Shown here: piece by piece, positions 59,195 through 64,000 of the stretch
How positions within the stretch are numbered: the stretch's first letter is position 1
How the letters are laid out: each line of letters begins with the position of its first letter
Assembly (NCBI GenBank): GCA_963701295.1
Contig: OY969585.1
Coordinates: forward strand, 704,001-768,000
Length of the DNA: 64,000 nt
Direction of reading: 5' to 3'
Source: Ignavibacteriota bacterium
Lineage (GTDB): Bacteria > Bacteroidota > Ignavibacteria > UBA10030
Notes under the pieces: generated by a model
The model's database searches: none
Seen by the model: the letters and a program-made list of their open reading frames with translations, nothing else
What the model was told of the DNA's origin: nothing
Program-made: the position numbers and the translations under genes

Positions 59195-61510
59195 GTGATT
59201 AAGCGAAAATATTTTCGTCGGATAAAGAATTTTGTGTTTCTATTTGCTACTTCGATATCATTGTCGCATTCACAAACCGTATCACTCACTGGATATGTTG
59301 TTGATGCCGCGACACATCAGCCGATCTCTCAGGCGATTGTCGTTCTTCTCGAAATAAGACAACAAACAAGTACTGATGAGAATGGACACTTTCATTTCGA
59401 TCAGATCGGGGCAGGCCAGTATACGCTCGCTATACGTCACATAGCTTTCGCAGCCATCGAATATCGAATATCCCTCTCTTCTGCCGACCATGATACACTG
59501 GTTATCGAATTGCAGTCGGCTCTTATTCCTTCGCAGGAGGTTATCGTTCGCAGCACACGCACAGCGGATTATCTCAAAAACACTCCCTATTCTCTGACTA
59601 TCGTCACAAACGACCGTTTGGTTGAAAATTCCAATATCACTGTTTCCGATGCATTGAGCCGCGAGCCAGGCATCGCACTCGTGCGTGATGGAATGTGGGA
59701 AACTCTTATTTCTATCCACGGCATGACACGGTATAATGTCGTCTTGATGATCGATAATACGCGTATAGAAACAGCAAACGATCATGCGGCAGCACTCTCG
59801 TTGTTGAATCCGTTTGATATTGATCGCATTGAAGTTGTGAAAGGAGCAAGCTCTGCTCTTGCTGGCACTGGCGCATTCGGAGGCATTGTCAGCATTATTA
59901 CAAAAAGCCCTTCGTTCAGCGATGAGCCCTATATGAATGGTGAATCGATGGTACGATACGAATCCGTGAATAATTCCCACGCGGAGTACCTTGCTCTGGA
60001 GGGTGGTTCGGATGTGTATCGGTTCCGCACGAGCGGCATGTTTCGCAAAGCGGACAATTATTCCTCACCCACGGGCACTGTTCCCAATTCGTATTTTGGC
60101 GACTGGGATTTTTCGGCAGATGCCGGTGTGAAATTATTCGGCAAACATTCTTTTGATTTTGTCTATCAGCGTTCGCAAACGGACGATGCAGGAATTCCGG
60201 GCGGTTCATCATTATTTCCACCGACAGCCATTGTAAAATATTCGCTTGCACGGCGGGAATTGTTCAAAGCAGAGTATACTATTCCTTCCGTCAGTGAATC
60301 GTTCTCGTCATTCGTGATACGGGCTTCGCAGCAAAACATAGAACGCGATGTCGACTTGATTGCGAGCCCACAACTTACGAAGACGCCGCATGCAGTTCAT
60401 AGCACTGGAACCGTGCAAACGGAAGCGACAATTATACCGTTCGAGGGACACTCTCTCACTGCCGGTGCCGAAGTGTGGCAAAGTTCAATAACCAGCGGTA
60501 GAGAAACTTACAAGCTCGGAAATGATACTATTCTCGAAGAGGTGCCGCTTCCAAATTCTACGTTTACAAGCACCGGAGTATATGTTCAAGATGAGTGGAG
60601 GGTCGTTCCTCAATATACGACACTGGTTATTGGAGCCAGGTATGACGGTATTCAAGTGCACAATGATGTAACGTACGACACTCTGTGGCTGAAATACGGA
60701 GGTCAAATCGTCACACCGTCCAATCGTACGGTATTGTGGCGAGAAAATACTTCAAACACACGAAGCTGGAGTGTCAATGCAGGTATTCAACAAAACATTT
60801 CAGAATTTTTGGATATCTCGTTTTTATCCTCGACTGCATTCCGGACACCATCATTAGAAGAGTTGTACGCGTATTTAACGAATACGTCACCTCCTCATGT
60901 CGGTAATCCGAATTTACAGCCTGAGAAAAGCATATCACTTGACTGCGGTGTTCATTTTCATATCCAAAATGTTTCATTGAGTACTGATATGTATTACAAT
61001 ACATATCAGAATCTCGTGGGAGATACACTCGGTTCGTTTGATGGCTCGCCGGCGTATGTAAAAGCTAATATTGGTAAGGCGCGTATTTACGGATACGAGC
61101 TATTCTTGGAAATAACCCCGATCGATGCGTTTAAAATCCAATCTTCGCTTTCATACACGCGCGGTGAAGATACAAAGAACAATGCAAATCTTGGACAAAT
61201 CGTACCAATGAAGGGAAGTCTTGCAGCGAATTATCTTGTCAAAGAAGTCGGAACCCTGCGTATTGATTGTGAAATTGTCGATGACAAAACAAACCGCGCA
61301 AAAAGTGAAACATCAACAAGCGGTTATGCGCTCTTCAATGCCGGTTTTACGACCACATCGATTGAAGGATTTGGTGCACTCTTTAAATTGTCTGCTGGTA
61401 TACAGAACATATTTGACCGAGCATACGTGAATTTTCTTTCGACACTACGCGGTAATCTAAACAATGAACCGGGGAGAAATTATTTCTTCACTGCAACAAT
61501 CGCTTTCTGA
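59195..61510 (+). CDS. TonB-dependent receptor with N-terminal carboxypeptidase-regulatory-like domain
   Basis: TDENGHF N-terminal domain, IDRIEVVKG plug, FRTPSLEELY, GNPNLQPE, EPGRN......F. Confidence 0.94.
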   Translation: MIKRKYFRRIKNFVFLFATSISLSHSQTVSLTGYVVDAATHQPISQAIVVLLEIRQQTSTDENGHFHFDQIGAGQYTLAIRHIAFAAIEYRISLSSADHDTLVIELQSALIPSQEVIVRSTRTADYLKNTPYSLTIVTNDRLVENSNITVSDALSREPGIALVRDGMWETLISIHGMTRYNVVLMIDNTRIETANDHAAALSLLNPFDIDRIEVVKGASSALAGTGAFGGIVSIITKSPSFSDEPYMNGESMVRYESVNNSHAEYLALEGGSDVYRFRTSGMFRKADNYSSPTGTVPNSYFGDWDFSADAGVKLFGKHSFDFVYQRSQTDDAGIPGGSSLFPPTAIVKYSLARRELFKAEYTIPSVSESFSSFVIRASQQNIERDVDLIASPQLTKTPHAVHSTGTVQTEATIIPFEGHSLTAGAEVWQSSITSGRETYKLGNDTILEEVPLPNSTFTSTGVYVQDEWRVVPQYTTLVIGARYDGIQVHNDVTYDTLWLKYGGQIVTPSNRTVLWRENTSNTRSWSVNAGIQQNISEFLDISFLSSTAFRTPSLEELYAYLTNTSPPHVGNPNLQPEKSISLDCGVHFHIQNVSLSTDMYYNTYQNLVGDTLGSFDGSPAYVKANIGKARIYGYELFLEITPIDAFKIQSSLSYTRGEDTKNNANLGQIVPMKGSLAANYLVKEVGTLRIDCEIVDDKTNRAKSETSTSGYALFNAGFTTTSIEGFGALFKLSAGIQNIFDRAYVNFLSTLRGNLNNEPGRNYFFTATIAF

Positions 61511-61531
61511 ATTTTCTAGGAATTTGATCGT

Positions 61532-62413
61532 ATGAGTTGGTTTCTCCTGGCATCCTGCTCTGCACTCCTTTCAGCATTAGCTGCGATCGTACAAAAGAAA
61601 ATCTTGTTTCGATTGACCGCCCTTGAATTTTCACTCTTGGTTTCATTTGTTATCTTAATCCTTTCGTTATTCGTCCCTTTCTCGGTCGATGTCACGTCCA
61701 TTTCTTCTACGACATTGATCATCCTGATCGGAAAAAGTATATTGGGCGGATTGGCATTTCTCTTGGTGATGATGTCACTGGAGCACAATCAAATCAGCAG
61801 TGCGCTTCCACTTCTCGGCACGACACCTGCAGTGACCGCACTTCTCGCACTTCCTATTTTGGGCGAGTCACTACAGCACTGGGAGTGGCTCGGTATCGGA
61901 TTGATGGTTGCAGGAACGTACATGTTAGAAAAACGGCCTGCGCAAAGGATCTTTCAACCATTCAAAGATGTTTTTTTCTCAACCAATCATTATTATATTT
62001 TTAGTGCAGTCGGACTATTTGCCGTCTCATCTATCGCCGATAAATTGCTTCTCAGCGGTTATAAAACCGATCCACTGATAATTCTTTTCTATCAGCATCT
62101 GATATACTGCTTAATATTTGGTTCGTTAGTTTTCATACGCAGAATGTCTTTCCGAGACTTAATGCACAAAGGGCAGAATCAACTTCCACTCATTCTTGTT
62201 ATTGCTCTGGTGACCATTGCCTATCGCTTCACTCAACTTGGTGCGACTCGACTAGCACCAGTAGCCTTAGTCTTGGCAGTAAAACGTACTTCGATACTCT
62301 ATGCATCATTCTTTGGCGGAAAACTATTTTCCGATGACCGGCTTCCGCAAAAACTTATCGGCGGGGCGCTTATTGTTGCATCCGGATTTATTATTCTGAG
62401 AAACGTTGCATAG
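61532..62413 (+). CDS. EamA/DMT-family transporter
   Basis: About 10 TM segments in two repeats, ILGESL motif. Confidence 0.88.
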   Translation: MSWFLLASCSALLSALAAIVQKKILFRLTALEFSLLVSFVILILSLFVPFSVDVTSISSTTLIILIGKSILGGLAFLLVMMSLEHNQISSALPLLGTTPAVTALLALPILGESLQHWEWLGIGLMVAGTYMLEKRPAQRIFQPFKDVFFSTNHYYIFSAVGLFAVSSIADKLLLSGYKTDPLIILFYQHLIYCLIFGSLVFIRRMSFRDLMHKGQNQLPLILVIALVTIAYRFTQLGATRLAPVALVLAVKRTSILYASFFGGKLFSDDRLPQKLIGGALIVASGFIILRNVA

Positions 62414-62531
62414 AAATTCATAAGAATGATTCCCCCATTGGCTATACGCTTATTATGAACTATATTATTTCCACACATGAGCGTTGTGTAATTTAGATAG
62501 ATATCAAAGACAACGAAAGAACAAGTGATTT

Positions 62532-63878
62532 ATGGTTCAGAAACAATATTGGTGGTTTTTCAAGGGTTTTGATGTTAGAAATAACAAAGTTTGGTCCCGT
62601 TCTTTTCATAAGTTTCATTTAGATGAGTTAGCCAAGTCAAATTCTACTCCTTTATATTTTACTAATGGCAAAAGGATTGAAGACAAGGCGAAACTTATCA
62701 GGGATGCATTTGCAAAGAATTATCCTGGTGTTGTTGATATCAATTATGCTGTGAAAGCAAACTATTGCCCTCAGATTCTCGATCTCATTGCAATGCTTGA
62801 TTTGGGTGCGGATGTTGTCTCTCCGAACGAAGCTATTCTTGCGGAGCAGCGTGGAATCGCGAGGCAAAAAATCATGTTCACTGGGACATCTGTTTCCAAA
62901 GATGATCTTGAAAAGCTTGTAAAATTCGGCAGTTACAAAATTAACATTGATTCCAATTCTCAACTTAAAAAACTTGGAGAGCACAGAGATGAATGGAATA
63001 TTCATGGCTTAAATCTTTCAATCAAGTTGAATCCGAATGTTGGTGCCGGCCATAATCCTGATGTCATCACTGCCGGTTTAAAAAATGAGGGTGGTGTTCC
63101 TATAAAATTCGGCATCGAGCAGGATAAGATTGTTGCTACTTTCTTAGCCGCCCGTGAGTATGGTTTTCATCCTGACACCTTGCATATACATATTGGTTCT
63201 GGCTGGCTTGGCAATGATGTTGATAGTTTCAAGATCGCTTTGCAAAATACTCTTGATGTCATGAATGAATTAAAGAGGCATGGTTTTGCAAATCTGACTC
63301 TTGATGTTGGCGGAGGTCCTGGCATCAGGCATCGAGAGTCTCAAGAGTCTTTCCCCTTCAATATGTATGCCAAAATTATCAGCGAAGAGATGCTGATGAG
63401 CAATGTGAAGATAAATAAATTAATCATCGAGCCTGGCAGGAGCTTGGTTGGTGATTCAACAATCCTTTTAACAAGGGTGAATACAGTTGAAGAGAAAAAT
63501 GGCATTCTCCATGCCTTTACTGATGCAAGCATGGGAACATTAATCCGGCCAAAACTCTATCATGCATATCATGAGATCATTAATGTCTCTAATCCAAATG
63601 GCCCTCTCATGGTGTATGCTGTCGATGGTAATGTGTGCGAAACCGGTGATACCTTCACACAGAATCAGCCTCGGGAAATTCCCGAAATTAGAGAGGGTGA
63701 TGTTTTAGGCCTTCTTGACACTGGCGCCTATAGTGATGTGATGTCCTCTCCGTATTGTCTGAGAGGCAGGGCAAATATTTTGTTAGAGCACAAGGGCAAA
63801 CTTGTCCAGTGTTCTAAAAGTGTTGAAGATTTAGATCAAATGCTGCACAGATTTCATGTTGACTCTAAATTAGATTAA
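62532..63878 (+). CDS. lysA: Diaminopimelate decarboxylase
   Basis: YAVKAN PLP lysine, KFG, H.HIGSG, DVGGG.G, EPGR, CETGD, DTGAY. Confidence 0.88.
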   Translation: MVQKQYWWFFKGFDVRNNKVWSRSFHKFHLDELAKSNSTPLYFTNGKRIEDKAKLIRDAFAKNYPGVVDINYAVKANYCPQILDLIAMLDLGADVVSPNEAILAEQRGIARQKIMFTGTSVSKDDLEKLVKFGSYKINIDSNSQLKKLGEHRDEWNIHGLNLSIKLNPNVGAGHNPDVITAGLKNEGGVPIKFGIEQDKIVATFLAAREYGFHPDTLHIHIGSGWLGNDVDSFKIALQNTLDVMNELKRHGFANLTLDVGGGPGIRHRESQESFPFNMYAKIISEEMLMSNVKINKLIIEPGRSLVGDSTILLTRVNTVEEKNGILHAFTDASMGTLIRPKLYHAYHEIINVSNPNGPLMVYAVDGNVCETGDTFTQNQPREIPEIREGDVLGLLDTGAYSDVMSSPYCLRGRANILLEHKGKLVQCSKSVEDLDQMLHRFHVDSKLD

Positions 63879-64000
63879 TTATTGGCGCGCAGACAGTGTT
63901 TGGCATTTCTCTTAAATATCTGTCCGTAAAATCAAACGTGGAATCAAGAAAATCAATGCTCTAATCCGAAACGCGTATAGATATTTTTTAAGTAACAAAA

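Noticed and set aside
908-63532. Numerous 60-230 aa ORFs antisense to or nested in called genes
   Set aside because: Shadow ORFs with no motifs, fully overlapping well-supported genes
1-64000. CRISPR arrays, rRNA, tRNA, transposases or integrases
   Set aside because: No regularly spaced repeats, RNA gene signatures or recombinase motifs were recognised by eye; short RNAs could have been missed

Overview
Chromosomal window from an anaerobic or facultative diderm bacterium. TonB receptors, the MGQQQLLL pilin-like protein and the gene content suggest Ignavibacteria/Bacteroidota (inference). It is a hydrogen-metabolism hub with hypE, a complete hdrCBA-mvhDGA (group 3c [NiFe]) operon, a group 3b [NiFe] hydrogenase operon with embedded cNMP-binding and YbaK genes, and a trimeric [FeFe] hydrogenase whose NuoF-like subunit is fused to a GltD/NfnB-like NADP(H) module. 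A NikR-flanked TonB-receptor/ECF uptake locus lies near the end. The centre is an AT-rich accessory island (about 18.9-29.9 kb) in which a Ser/Thr-rich, essentially leaderless type IV pilin-like gene, with a sigma54-like promoter and a strong terminator, heads three different GT-C-fold membrane glycosyltransferases. This candidate pilin glycosylation system is the top finding. One of these glycosyltransferase genes is bracketed by a ~185-bp duplication of a kinase promoter and 5' end. Also present are a secreted protein-FecR-outer membrane protein-CHASE2 cyclase module, an ECF sigma/anti-sigma pair, rseP-dxr, lysA, and three genes split by single frameshifts. No rRNA, tRNA, CRISPR array or transposase was recognised. 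All calls come from motif reading by eye; no searches were run.
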